64,000 bases of DNA from Malacoraja senta (GCA_038087875.1 CM075988.1:17920001-17984000), one strand, 5' to 3'. Shown: positions 37,173-51,573, counted from the first letter of the stretch. Numbers and translations are program-made. Notes: a model not told the origin generated them from the sequence alone.

Positions 37173-39556
37173 AACTGATGCAAGGCTGATTGAGTGTCAT
37201 GTGATCTCATTCTTTAGGGGGTTATTATTTTTGGGATTAGAAGTGACACCACCAGTAACGCGGTCTCTCTACCGGTGAACAAAGCTGTGCTGATCAATCC
37301 CTTCCTCTGCTGGCAAGGCTGCCGAGGGCTGCACCAGATGACCTCATGGCATTTTCAAAGGGGAGCTATTGTATCGGGAGAGATTTTATGATGTTCCAGT
37401 TTTATTAACGATTAAAGATTTAATGCCCTTTTGTTCCGCTGTGTCTGTGTGTTGGGTCATTCAGAAGCTGAACCGGAATGGCGATGATGGCCATCACAAA
37501 TATGTCATCCCAGAAATAGGCCAGTGCTGATCACTTTATAATGCGGCCCAGAGGGTATTTTAGTTCCTGGCTGTGTTGAATGGGATCATTCCCGAGTACC
37601 GCGTTACCAATTGATGGCGTCGTAGGACGCTACTGCCCCTCCCACCGTCTCGTTGACTTATTTTTACTTTTGAGGGCCTGAGACATTTTCTGCCCCCCTG
37701 AGCCGTGTGATTACCAGCCCATCTCATTGGATGGTGTAGGGGGCTGCAGGCCTGGAGATACGTCTAGAAACAAGGAACTGCAGATGCTGGTTAATCAAGG
37801 AAAGTTACAAAGTGTTGGAGTAACCCGGCGGGCCAGGCAGCATCCCTGGAGAACATGGGTAGGCGACCCTTCCGCAGACTGCATCCATCACCTGTCCATG
37901 TTCTCCAGAGATGCTGCCTGGCCCGCTGAGTTACTCCAGCATTTTGTGTCTTTCAGGTTCCAACCACAGTTGGGTAATTTAATTGGATTGCACTTGATGC
38001 CAGGTTAAAAAAGAAAATTCTGTTAGAATCAGAATCAGCCGCAAGGTTGGACCAGAGAAGCTGAGGGTGATTCCTTGCAGCGGTGTTGACGGAGCTGTGG
38101 GTGGGAATCTGATCCCATTAAACGCGGCTGGAGGACCAGGATCCTGGGATGTGATATCTGGGCGGTAGATCCACGGAGGCTGATTGTGACCTGAACTCAC
38201 TGTGAGGGAGTGGGGGAGGTATGGAGCCCATCGCAACTCCCAGAGGGAACTGGATCACAACTTGAGGGAAAGAGGCAGCGAACAAGACTCTCCCGATTAG
38301 AGTGATACAGCGTGGAAACAAGACCATCAGCCCAACTTGCCCGCACCGACCAACATGTCCCAACTACACTAGTCCCACTTGCCTGCGTTTGGCCCATATC
38401 CCTCTCAACATGTCATATCTACGTACCTGTCCAACTGCTTCTTAAACATCGCTCTACTGAGAACTGGCACAGACCTGATGGGCTGAATGGCCTCCTTCTG
38501 TGCTGCAACCATTCCACAAATATCACTGCGCTTTGATGGGTTTGAACTCCCAGTCATTGGTCCAGGTCTTGACGGGCAAGAATTACTAGGAAGCTGAGGG
38601 GTAACGCTTTCACTCAGAGCGTGGTGGGTATATGGAATAAGCTGCCTGGGGAGGTAGTTGTGGCAGGTACTATAACAGCATTTAAAGGACATTTAAACAG
38701 GTACATGGATAGGGAAGTTTTAGACGGGTATGGGCCGAACGCGGGCAGGTGGGGCCAGAGTAGATGGGTCATGTTGGTAAGTTGGTAGAGTAGATGGGGC
38801 ATGGGCGTTGGGCCGAAGGGCCTGTCTGCGTACTGTATGACTACTCTAATTATAAGTGCTGCCTGACCCGCTGAGTTATCTCAGCACTTAGTGTCTATCT
38901 TTACTGTTATTACTCATGTAGACAAGTACATGAATAGGATATGTTTAGAGAGATATGGGCCAGATGCAGGCAGGTGGGTCCTAGTGTAGATGGGGCATAC
39001 TGGTAGGTGTGGGCAAGTTGTGCCGAATGGCCTGTTTCCACGCTGTTGTACCACGCTGCTGCCAACCGCGTGTTAAAATGTCCGCCCGGCGGTTCTGGAG
39101 TGGGATTGACCTTGACAATGACCCGCCAGAGGGATTCCTTGCCGAGTGTTCGCACTACATGAAGATAGACACAAAAAAGCTGGAGTAACTCAGCGGGACA
39201 GGCAGCATATCTGGAGAGAAGTTTCGGATCGAGACCCTTCTTCAGACGTCTCGACCCGAAATGCTACCCATTCCTTTTGCTCCAGAGATGCTGCCTGTCC
39301 CGCTGAGTTACTCCAGCCGTTTGTGTCTATCTCAGGCAAACTGCTGGTGGGAGCTCAAGTGTGGTCGCTTTCAGCTCCCTGTCTGTGGGTGGTTCCAGCC
39401 GCCCGGGTCTATTTCTGTTCTGCTCTAATTCCACTCCCTCCCTCACCAGAACCCGACTGTGAATGACCCGGCCTGGCGTAGATAGGGAGAGGGAGAGGGA
39501 GTGAAGGGGAGAGAGGGAGCACAGTTGAGGTTCAGCAAGCCTTGTGTCTGATACTA

Positions 39557-39650
39557 ATGGAGGACAAGACAGTCCCTCACGCTTACCCCATGAGTGTGGA
39601 ATACGAGGGCGACACACCGACTACAATCTACGACCAGAACTACGGGGAGG
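39557..39650 (+). CDS. HSPB2: HSPB2 exon 1
   Basis: MEDKTVPHAYPMSVEYEGDTPTTIYDQNYGEG; 94 bp, donor G|GTGAGT. Confidence 0.93.
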
Positions 39651-39823
39651 GTGAGTTTATGTTCGCGTTAACCAAGTTACGTTGTTGCTTTGCCCACACT
39701 TTGGCTGAGGGTGGGTGTGCGAAATAAACGCGATTCCCCCGGTATTAAAGTGGGCAGCTCGGAGCAGGATCTTTTTAAACGAAACCATCGTGGAGTTGGC
39801 GATCGAGTCATGTCCATGCGCAC

Positions 39824-39848
39824 AGACACACACACACACACACCTACT

Positions 39849-39904
<56 letters not shown>

Positions 39905-40165
39905 CTGGCACACACACACACACACACAATGCATACAGACACACTCAGATGCACACACACACCTACTCACACACACACAATGCATACAGACTCACTCAGA
40001 TGCACACACACATACTGACACAAACACAGTCAGGCTCACACACATGCTCTCTCTTTCACACTTACACATACATTCAGACAGAACGACAGACACACACACA
40101 CACATCACACCCACACCCACACCCACACCCACACCCACACCCACACCCACACCCACACACACACC

Positions 40166-40250
<85 letters not shown>
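39824..40250. repeat. Compound (CA)n/(CACACC)n microsatellite in the HSPB2 intron
   Basis: Long CA runs plus CACACC hexamers. Confidence 0.97.
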
Positions 40251-40251
<1 letters not shown>

Positions 40252-41147
40252 GGCGAGCACAGTTGCGGACTCTGGTTGGGAAGTTGCGGACACGCACGTC
40301 TTCACAAAACTCTCTCTCTGCCGTGATCTTGCACTATTTCACCTGCCTCTGGGTGACTCCGTGTTACTGCTGCCGGTGAGCAGCCCTGACCCCACTACTT
40401 TTTTTACACCCGATTTATTCACTTGAATATATATTCCAGAGCTGCTGCGGTGAGATTTGAACTCGGAACTTTGTATCAATGACCCCCAAGTCTGTGTGAG
40501 ACCTGTATTTCAACGACCACTGCACTACTGCATCACTGTCGGCCAAAGGGCAGGGGTGGGAATAATGGGCAGGTCGTTCATCACCACCCGGTCTGCCCGT
40601 GACGCCACTTTCAAGGGACTATGTACCTGCACTGCTAGATCTATGTACCTGCACTGCTAGATCCCTCTGCTGTACAACACTCCTCAGGGTCCTGCCCGGG
40701 TTTGACTTCTTCAGCCACCTTACCCAGCTGATCAAGATCCTGCTGTCATTCAAGAAAACTATCTTCACTGTCGCTAGGTAGTTACTAGATAACTAGATAT
40801 AACTACAGCGTTAATTAAATCATTACGAGATAGTTACTAGATAACCATGTAAAACAAAATGAACAGATGCTGGTTTATACCAAAGATAAACACAAAATGT
40901 TGGAATAACTCAGCGGGTCAGGTAGCATGTCTGGAGAAAATGAATAGGTGACATTTCAGGTCTGGACCCTTCTTCAGTCTGATGAAGGGTCCCAACCTGA
41001 ATCATCACCTATCCATTTTTTCCTGAGTTACTCCAGCATTTTGTGTCTATACGAGATTACTGTCTTCACTGTGTGTGTGTTGCATCATTAAGTTACAAAT
41101 TGTTGGTCTATCATTAGCAGTTTTATAACTTCCAATAAATCCCTCAG

Positions 41148-41587
41148 GTTTGTCACCAGAGGATATTTTAGCTCCTACTTTGTACCACGGTTACTACATC
41201 AGACCCAGGATCAACAAGCAACTGGACCGAGGGTTTTCGGAGATAGCGACAAAGGACCATAAATTCCAGGTCTTCCTGGATGTCTGCCACTTCCTGCCAA
41301 GTGAGCTGTCGGTCCGGACGGTGGACAACCTGCTGGAGGTGTCCGGTAGTCATCCTCAGAAGTTGGACGACCACGGCTTCATCTCCCGAGACTTTAAACG
41401 CACCTACATCCTGCCCCTCGACGTGGACCCTCTGCTGGTTCGAACAACTCTGACCCACGATGGCATCCTGTGCATCGAGGCGCCCAGGAAAGGCGGAGAG
41501 ATACAGCCTAAAGTCAACGACGTGAAGATCAACCTGGCGTCTCCGCCAGGGATGAAGGAGCCCGGGGCTGAGGCAAAGAAAGACTAG
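41148..41587 (+). CDS. HSPB2: HSPB2 exon 2 (alpha-crystallin domain)
   Basis: LSPEDILAPTLYHGYYIRPR...FQVFLDVCHFLPSELSVRTVDNLLEVSGSHPQKLDDHGFISRDF...; total 177 aa; AATAAA at 42300. Confidence 0.96.
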
Positions 41588-44500
41588 ACGAGTCATGAGG
41601 CAAAGAGATCCCACTGATGCCCCAGCAATGTTGTGGCACTGATGTCACGGTCCTTGTAGCTTTTACAATACATCCATGTTATTGTAGCAGCTAACTCGCA
41701 AGTAACTGGCATCTTGTTCAATAACTTTAAGTTAAATAGTAAAACTAAAAGTGTGACTAACATTGAAATATGCTGATATTTGCTGTATATTTGAAGGTAG
41801 AATTGTACTGATGAATGTATCTTAACTAAAATGAGAGGATTATCTTGAGTAATATCTCCTGTCTGCTGTTCATTTCCCCTCGCCTCATCTTTCTGCGACA
41901 AGATGACTTGTATTGGAGCACCCCCTCTGCAGTCCCTCTGCCTCCTTGTCCACGGGGAGATAGCTGCATTGTGGCGCTTGCTTCGATCAGGTGAAATCTG
42001 TTCATTCAGACGTGTATGTATGTGTGTGTGGTGATGGTCCCCGTCTGCTGGTACCCGAAGGACAGGTATCTGCCCCTGCATTATCCACTGGTTAAACAAG
42101 CGCACAGGTTACACTGGTAATCACATTCAATCTATAACCCAGTGCTCCACCATCCAAAATGGGAAACTACTGCCATTTCTCTGTGTGACTTGCTGACTGG
42201 TGTCTGGAATTTATTGACTAGTTTTCTAGATTTGTCAGGCAACGTCTCCAGCTCCAATTGTACAGACACATGTGTATTGGCATATTTTTATTTGTAATTA
42301 ATAAAAATTATTGAATAATCATTTATAGTACTGCTTGCAATTGTTTTTCTTTCTTACCACACCCGAGCCTTTCAGCCCATAAAATCTATACTAGCCCTCA
42401 GACAATCCTATTCCATTCCTTTTTTTAAATTTCCTGCAACCTCTCCTCTCTTACATGTCTATGAACAATGCCCCACCTCTGCCACACCTTGCCTCTGATT
42501 CACCTGTCACCCACCTACACTAACGGTGAGTTATAATCACCAATTAACAGACTCACAGAGACCCTTCAGCCCACAAAATCCATGCTGACCATCAAGCATC
42601 ATTCAAGCTTTATTCTCCCCAATTTTCCATCAACTTCCATCAGGTTCTACCACTAACACACCCTGGGAACAACTTACATTGGCCAATTGTGGGAGCAACC
42701 TGAGGGACAGCTTTTTCACTCTGCGGTTGGTGGGGACATGGAACGAGCTGCCAGGGGCAGGTACAGTAACAACATTTAAAAGACATTAGGACAGGTTCAT
42801 GGATAGGAAAGGTTTAGAGGTATATTGATCACACATAGACAAGTGGGACTAGTGTAGACAGGGCATCTTGGCTGGCATGGACATTGGGCCAAAGGGCCTG
42901 TTTCTGTGCTGTGTGACTCTATGACTCGATAAAACTTGGGCTTCCATACATAACTGATAAAAGACCCTATATACAAGTTTCTTACTGGAATTTTTAATCA
43001 AACACAATTATTGCTGAGCCAATAAGGAGAAATTAGGGCAGCTGACCAAACATTAGATCAAAGTAAAAGTGCAGAAGATGAAAAAGAGTTAAGAGGGAAT
43101 TCCAGTCTTAGGTCTTTATCAACAAAGGTGCTAAATTCACAGATGATTAGGAAGTCAACAATTCTGGAGCACAGAATACTTGGACAGTTATAGGACTGAT
43201 TACAGATAGAGGAAGGTGTGATAGGGTGGAGGGATGAGAACATCTAATGTGAGTGTGAGAACCTTCATGTGTGGGAGTCTAGGAGGAGGTTAGTATTGGA
43301 GTGGTATGAGCAAATATTTTAAGTCTTCACAGTGACTTGTTTAAGTCTGAAAATTAATGTTATGACTATCCAAGTGAACATCGACTTATCCTTTAAATTT
43401 ATCCTCAATTGCATTTCATTCTGAGGTCAGCTGTTCATGCAGACAAGGTCTTTATTTTTTAATATATATCTGTTTGATAAATAAAACTTTTAATATCTTG
43501 GTCCAGTTACTTTGGTTCTTGCTCGTACTCTTGCTGCCCATCAACACTGTTCACCCGACCACAGGTGAGCATCGAGGAAGATGACTGACTTTTGGTGCCT
43601 TCCCTCACAGTGGGAAACTTTTGATTCTGCTGTGTGGGGATGTTTTATGTTGAACTCTATTGTGTGTTGTGTTCTTTATTTTATTGTATGGCTGTATGGT
43701 GATCACATTTCACTGTGTTATCTGGCACATGTGACAAATAAATATATCTTGTATCTTGTATCTTGTTGACATGAAAACTGTTTTAATCAACAGTTAAGGT
43801 CCAAGAATGAAACAGTAACTGCTGCAGGGGATTTTCGTAAGTGACACAAAACAGTACATTTTCCAAATTGTTGGAGACCGTTGTTAACGAAAACTTAAAA
43901 ACACACCACAAAGATCGGGAAGGCAATCAAGACTTTATTTAAGAACGTCAAATACAGTGATCACTCCTCAGCGAACAAAGATTCATCTGCTCCTTATATA
44001 CAGAATCTTCCTTTGTTGTGCTATTTACTGTTGCAGGCTACTTACGAAAGGTCTTATAACAATTATATATCATGAACCTCCAAAAAATACAGATCAGTAA
44101 ACACAGCCCAATTCCACCCCACTGCAGATAAGCCGATATCCTGTTACCCTTCCGGTCTCTTTTTATTGTTTTACAATTGCCATTCGTCCTTTGACAACAG
44201 AGAAGAGAACGTGACTAAAGTAATCTGCAGTCAGTGTCAGGTACACTTGCTAAGTTTCATCCTTCTAAAAGCACAGAATTATTATGACACATAAAGCAGA
44301 CTTTATTTTGCATGAAGATCATTTTCTAGGCACTCCACTTGTACCTATCCTCTGCTGTCTTCTTGAAGCAATCTATTAATGCAATTTTTTTTGACACAGT
44401 ATGGTAGTTAGCTTTGCACAGGTTTTACAGGCAGGTAGGTGGGACTGGTGTAGATGGGACATGTTGGTTGGCATGGACATTGGGCCAAAGGATCTGTTTC

Positions 44501-44679
44501 TATGCTGTAGGACTCTATGACTATAACTCTTGGGCTTCAATACATCATTGATATAAAACCCTATATACCTTTCTTACTGGGATAAGTTACAAATGCTGTG
44601 AATTTATCCAAGTATGTTTGCGTTGGTATAAATGTAGATTCCACGTGTACCATTTCTTACCCTCAGTGTTGCCAGAGTT

Positions 44680-45165
44680 ACATAGAAAATAGGTGCAGGA
44701 GGAGGCCATTCGGCCCTTCGAGCCAGCACCGCCATTCATTGTGATCATGGCTGATCGTCCACAATCAATAACCCGTGCTTACCTTCTCCCCATATCCCTT
44801 GATTCCACTAGCCCCTAGAGCTCTATCTAACTCTCTCTTAAATCCATCCAGTGATTTGGCCTCCGCTGCCCTCTGTGGCAGGGAATTCCACAAATTCACA
44901 ACTTTCTGGGTGAAAACATTTTTTCTCGCCTCAATCTTAAATGGCTTCCCCTTTATTCTAAGACTGTGGTCCCTGGTTCTGGACTCGCTCAACATTGGGA
45001 ACATTTTTCCTGCATCTAGCTTGTCCAGTCCTTTTATAGTTTTATATGTTTCTATAAGATCCCCCCTCATCCTTCTAAACTCCAGTGAATACAAGCCTAG
45101 TCTTTTCAATCTTTCCTCATATGACAGTCCCGCCATCCCAGGGATCAATCTCGTGAACCTACGCT
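44680..45165 (-). mobile_element. CR1-like LINE 3' end
   Basis: QRRFTRLIPGMAGLSYEERLKRLGLYSLEFRRMRGDLIETYK...VVNLWNSLP. Confidence 0.88.
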
Positions 45166-45707
45166 GGCTGCACTGCCTTCTTGGGGTATGTTTTGTGAAG
45201 GGTTGGATGTGGTGACTAACCTGGTGGGTGAGTGTCGTGGAGCAATAAGCTGATGCTCCACCTTTGCCCAGGGGCAGTGAGGGAATGTCAAAGGGCCAAA
45301 CATCCCCAGGCTGAATCATGCAGCATGTAGTAGGTGGGAATTGTCAGAAACCTTTGCTGGAAATAATTGCTTGCAATCAGGAGAAGATGTAGTGTAAATA
45401 AATAACACAGCGTGTCGATAGATGAGAAAAACAAATCTAGTCAGGCCAGATTAGACTATCTTCAGAGAATTTCTTTTTGCTACCACTTCTGTCATAAATT
45501 CTTAAAGTTTAGAAAAGAAAACATAATGAAACATTTCTCATGGCTCAGTAGAACACCCGTATTAAAAAACAAAAACAGTTATTAGAAACAAACAAGGTAT
45601 CCAAGATAGCGCTATAAACCCAGGCGACTATTTGAGTTCTAGTCACAGAAGTGGATGTGCAATGACACATTACAAACGCTCCACATATTTAAATCTCTAC
45701 TCCTGCA

Positions 45708-46381
45708 CAGGCATGGAAATCGCTAGCAAAATATGGAGGGGACCCGGGGACAGGGGGGACAGAATTTCTTCGCGGACACACACACGCGCGCGCGCACACA
45801 GCTAAATGCAGCTCAACTCTGCCTGTCTCCCCGGGTTAACCTACAGCCCTGCCTGGACTGACGGGACACCAGCGCTGCTTCTCCGCGCTGGCCATATTTC
45901 CCGCAAGCCCAGGCAGGTTCACCTGGCGGGACAGGCAGAGTTGAGCTGGGTTTAGCGCTGCTTCTCTGCGCTGGCTGTGGGCCTGGGGGGTACAGCTCCC
46001 TTCTGACTCCCGACCTCTCTGGCTACCCGTGGGGGGGGGCACTTGGGTGGGGACAGGACACCGCCGAAGACCCGGCCGGGATCGATTCTGGCTGCAGATG
46101 AGGGTGTTGTCTGTGGTCTGTGCCGAGAGTGTTTTGGCACGTCTCCCTCCTCCAATGATCGCGCTGAATTATAATGTCCCGCCCCCATTGCCTGCTAACC
46201 GATGTCTCTCTCGTACAATCTGCGCCCTCGATCATCAGTCCCACCCCCACTGTCTCGCAGAAAGCGGAGATTTCACCGGGTTTTAAAATCCGGATTACAA
46301 AAACTTGTGGGGGATGTCCCCCACCTCTCAAAACAGAGGGGGGACATGTCCCCCCTGGCCCCCCCGGGTTTTCCGCCCCTG
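45708..46381. mobile_element. Non-autonomous hAT-type DNA transposon
   Basis: Imperfect TIRs CAGGCATGGAA and TTCCGCCCCTG; 8-bp TSD CTCCTGCA/CTCCTACA; GC-rich interior. Confidence 0.75.
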
Positions 46382-49300
46382 CTCCTACAGCAACATTTAT
46401 TCCCTTCTCGTGTGTATGTACACTGTAAATGGCTCGATTGTAATCAAGTATTGCCTTTCCACTGACTGGTTAGCAGGCAACAGAAGTTTTTCACTGTACC
46501 TCGGTACATGTGCCAATAAACTAAACTGAACTAAACTAATCCCCAGAATTTTTCAACGATACCGGACTAACTGTGGCCACTTGTTACCTGTTGCCCAGTT
46601 GCAGCGACACATCCTCTGATCTGGAAGGAAAACAAATCAAATTGCAGATGCTGAAACAAAACAGAAATGGGTGAAAAACGTGGTCATCAGTCGGTGTCAT
46701 TGGAGAGAGAAGCCTGTAAAGGTCCTGGGTCAACCACGCTTTCTCAGAAGTGGATTCTGAAGAAGGAGCCTGAACAGGAAACACTCCACTGCTGCTCCTT
46801 GACTGGTTGAGTTCTTCCAGCATCTTTCTTCTTGTCCCTAAGTCAGAAGTTGTGGGCTTAAGTCCTCTCCAAGGATTTGCACAGAGTCTGAGAGAGCGGT
46901 GCTTTGTCAGGTGGGCTTATTGGCTGGACATCAAAGATCCCAGGCACTATTTTGAAGAATTATAGAATTATCTATGAAAAATACTGACTATTAACATCCC
47001 GCATAATGTTATAAACCTCTATAAGATCACCCTTAAGCCTTTAACACTCTGGTGGAATAAATCCAGTTTATCCGATCTCTCCCTATAAGTGAAGCACTCC
47101 ATTCCAGGCAATATCCTGATTTAGATATATGAGTTAGATATAGCTCATAGGGCTAACGGAATCAAGGGATATGGGGAACGGGGTACAGATTTTGGATGAT
47201 CAGCTATAATCATATTGAATGGCGGTGCTGGCTCAAAGGGCAGAATGGCCTACTCCTGCACCTATTTTCTATGTTTCTAATCTCACCTGCACCTTCTCTA
47301 TTGCTACTACATTCATTGTGTGGCATGTCCACCAGAACAGCACACAGTATTCCCAAGTGTAGCCTGACTGTTGCAACATAATGTCTCATCTTCCTTACCA
47401 GCAGAGCTAGCCCAATCCTCCGTCCACCTCTCTGTCTTTTCGGTAGGACTCGTAACTCTGGACATTCAGCTCCCAGCTCCGATCCCCTTCAGCCACGTCG
47501 TACCTACCAATTTCCAACAGCCACTTTGTTCCGTATACTACGTGCATTCAAATATAACACCTTAAGTATTCACCACCTCGCTTCTCGCATTGGTCCTGAT
47601 TTTGCCTAGTCTTAGACACTTAACTCTTCTTAAACTTTCTGTCCTATAACTTCTGGAGACTTCAGTAACCTCTTTTGCACAGCACTATCCTTTAAACACA
47701 TCTAATGTGGGGCAATGCAGAGCCTGGTCAGACCAAAGGCTTGGTCCAGTCACAAGGATGTCCAGTCTCTGCTGCCTGGATGAACACACACATACTTCGT
47801 ATCCCACACGGGCAAACTGTTCACACCTGCACTCGTGCTGTACCTTCTTCCACAGCCCAGCTTCACATCCTCCCTAACCCCTCCTTCTTTTGCATCTTCA
47901 TTGTACTCTCCCTCCTCCGAAAAACTCCTCCCCTTGAGCAACTCCCTCCCTCCCTCCCTCACAACAGCCTCTCTCTCCGCTTCCTCTTGCTTGTTTTCCA
48001 TCTTCCCTTCCTCAGTAAACCCCTCCCTCCTCTCTCTCTGCTCCAGGCAATTCATTGTCATGAAAACCCCCCTGATGAAAGAACAGGCGTTTCCTACGTC
48101 CTATGATGTCTTCTCCGCCCTGAAACTGAAACACCCACTTGTTAAGGAGGCCAGAGACAGTGTGCACCAAGGTGGTGGCTGACTGACTTCAATAATTACA
48201 TTCAGTTATGTGGCACTGAGAGCAAAACCTGAGGTTCATTAGATGCCATTTCAACATGTTTCAGTCATGTGATTTAGTTTAGTTTAGAGATACAGCGTGG
48301 AAACAGGCCCTTCTGCCCACCGTGTCCGCGCTGAGCAGCGACCCCACTATATTCACACTATCCTGCACATTAGGGACAATTTACAAACTTTACCAAAGCC
48401 AATTAACCTACAAACCTGTACATCATTGGAGTGTGGGAGGAAACCGGAAAACGGGAGGGGAAAAACGGACGCGGTCACGAGGAGAACGTACAAACTCAAT
48501 ACAGACAGCACCCATAGTCTCTGGCGTTGTAAGGCAGCAACTCTACCATTGCACCGCCGTGGCGCCCCATGTGATGATCGGTTTCACTTTCCAAATGTTT
48601 GTGCCGACACTGCACAGGGCATTCATCGTCAGGGTTTAATCACCGTGCTCGACATGCTGGAATGCAAAGTGTCTCGCCATGTGCTTTCCCCTGAAGACTA
48701 CTATTAGCATCCTCCCTGACCTCATTTCTAAGCACGTCTGTTTATCCACATATCACTGTCGCTATTATTGGCTCATTTGTTGCTGTGAACATATTGGAGA
48801 GGCTAATGGAGAGAATTATTTATCTGCAAATCCTCTGGTGGATTCAGGTGAGGTGTAAGTGGTATTAAACGAAGAAGGGCAAAAATTGCTGTCCAAGGTA
48901 GTTCATCAGTACGGCATCTCCCAGCCTGGCTCACTACCACAAACAAGCATCACTACTACAAGCAAGCATGTCTCTTCACTACCCTATCCACCTGTGCTGC
49001 TACTTTCACGGATGTATGAACACAAATCCTAAGGTCTATCACTTCATCAACAGGGTGTCACGGTGGCGCAGCAGTAGAGCTGCTACCTTACAGCGCCAGA
49101 GACCCGGGTTCGATCCTGAACACGGTTGCTATCTGTACGGAGTTTGTACATAGTCGCTGTGACCTGAGTGGGTTATCTCCGAGATCTTTGGTTTTCTCCC
49201 ACATTTCAAAGACATACAGGTTTGCAGGTTAATTAGCTTGGTATAAATGTAAATTGTCCCTAGTGTGTGTAGGATAGTGTAAGTGTACAGGGTGATTGCT

Positions 49301-49924
49301 CGTCGGTGTGGACTCAGTGGGCCGAAGGGCGTGTTTCCGTGCTGTATCTCCAAACTAAATTAAACTAAACACCCCCTGTGGCCCCGCCATTTACAATGCA
49401 TGGCCTGCCTCGGTTTCTCCATCACACCATCCTGGCCACTCTTTCATCTCACTCCTACCACCGAGAACGAGGTACAGGACAGTACTGAAAAACATGACCT
49501 CCAGGTTCAAGAACAGCTTCTTCCTATCAACCATCAGGCTCTTGAACACCACAATACACTAACTAAACAATGAGCTAAGTTGAGTGCTGGTTTCACTGAG
49601 AACTTTGGCCTTTTTTGCACCAGAACTGTTATTAATTTATTGAAATTGTATTTTTGTATTATGTTGTCTATGTGTATTGTGTTTACAACCTTGTTATGCT
49701 GCTGTTCCATTGTCAGCACATATGACAATTAAACACTCTTGACACCTGTGTCTTGACAAAAGGCATCAGCTCACACTTGCCAGGAAGTCTTTACAATAGA
49801 AAGTCATTGTTCTGAAGTGTCTTTTACATGTTTCACAGTCGATGAAATGCCTCAGAATGGCAGCCACTCTTGTAGGGAGATCATCTTAAGCACAGGAAAC
49901 TCCGACAAACATCAATCACTGCAA

Positions 49925-50240
49925 TGCACCTCATATTCCGCTTGGGCAGTCTACATCCTGGGGGTTTGAACATTGAATTCTCCCAATTCTGCTAGCCCTT
50001 GCTGTCCCCTCCCCTTCATCAGCCATCTGGTTGTCTCCTCCCCTCCTCCAGCCCTCGGGCTCCTCCTCCGCCTTTTTCCTTTTTTCCTTTCTTCTCCCCA
50101 CCCCCTATCAGTCTGAGGAAGGGTTTCGGCTCGAAACGTTACCTATTTCCTTCGCTCCATAGATGCTGCTGCACCCGCTGAGTTTCTCCAGCATTTTTGT
50201 GTACCTTCGATTTTCCAGCATCTGCAGTTCCTTCTTTAAC
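49925..50240 (+). mobile_element. Penelope-like element 3' end with hammerhead motif
   Basis: HLIFRLGSLHPGGLNIEFSQF, followed by CTGAGGAAGGGTTTCGGCTCGAAACGTT at 50113. Confidence 0.75.
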
Positions 50241-51573
50241 ACAATCAATCATTGCAACACCAACCTGACAATCTGCATTCAGTTATGTTTGCTGAGAGAA
50301 GAATATTGTTCAGGCCATTAGACGTAAGCTCACCCTTTGCTCTTCTTCAAAGAGGTGCCATGATCTTGAACATCCACTTGAGTGTAGGATAAAGGACAAA
50401 GGACATTTATTGTCACATACACCAATTGGTGTAGTGAAATTTGACTTGCCATGCAGCACACAGATAAAGATAAGACACAACATTAAAGAATTTAACAATA
50501 AACATAAAAACATCCCCCCACAATGGTTCCCACTGTGGGGGAAGGCACAAAGTCCAGTTCCCATCCCCTTGTCCACCCATAGTCGGGCCTATTGAGGCCT
50601 CCGCAGTCGCCGCTATGGCAGCCCGATGTTCCAGGCGCCGGGTGATGGTGCTCCGGCGTCGTGGGAATCCTCACAGCGGCTTGTGACACCTGGAGCGGCC
50701 GCTTCCTTACTGGAGACCGCAGCTTCCGGAGCCGACAGGCCGCACTGGATGGAGCTTCACCACTGGCGATCTCGGCGAGAGATCCCAGGCTATAGGTCTG
50801 TGATTTAAAGTTGGCATCCAAAGAAAGGTAGGTCCAGCAGTGCTGAGAGAACCTGCTTAGTTTTTGAGTTCAGGTCTCTGGAGTTGGATTGAACGTGTAA
50901 CTTGTCAGGGAACTGACAGCTGGAACAATGGAAGTGAGTTTCAGAACTCATTCCCTGCAATTATACAGGGATATTACTGATAGTTTTGAGGCTGGTATCT
51001 TTTTCTCTTCATTTATCTTTGACAAATTGAATGAAAAGACAAATGTCCAATATTTCGATCACAATTTGTTTTTAATACCGTAAACTATGAGTGATTAACT
51101 GTGGTAAATAAGGGCATCATGGGATATGTGGTCAGTGTTTGAAAGTCATCCGGGGTAACAAAGGCCAGACACAATGTTATTGAACCCTGGAGCAGGTGTG
51201 AGGGGCTGCTGGCTTTTTATATCAATGGGTCAGCAGCCACTTAAACCTCAGTAGTTATCTGAATGGAACTGAAATGCTTCAGTAGTATGGACCCACTGAA
51301 GTACTACCGTCAAGCCGTGAGTTCATTGTGGTTCATTACTGAGGTAAGGTTGTGGTTAGTGTGCTGCAGTGTGGTTCATGAGTCTATGGATTACTGGAGG
51401 AAAGCTGTTCTTGAACCTGAAGGTCACGGTTTTCAAGCTCCTGTACCACCTTCCTGATGCTCGCAGTGAGATGAGAGCGTTGCCAGGGTGGTGTGGGTCT
51501 TTGACGATTGGCTGCCGTTTTGATGATATTGGCATCAGTGCCTCCAGTAGATCCGTAGGTTTTCTCCGAGCTC

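Noticed and set aside
37221..37670. MEF2/CArG-like AT-rich motifs in the CRYAB upstream region
   Set aside because: None matches the full consensus; not supportable without an alignment.
39657..40379. Long His/Thr or Cys/Val ORFs
   Set aside because: Translations of the (CA)n microsatellite.
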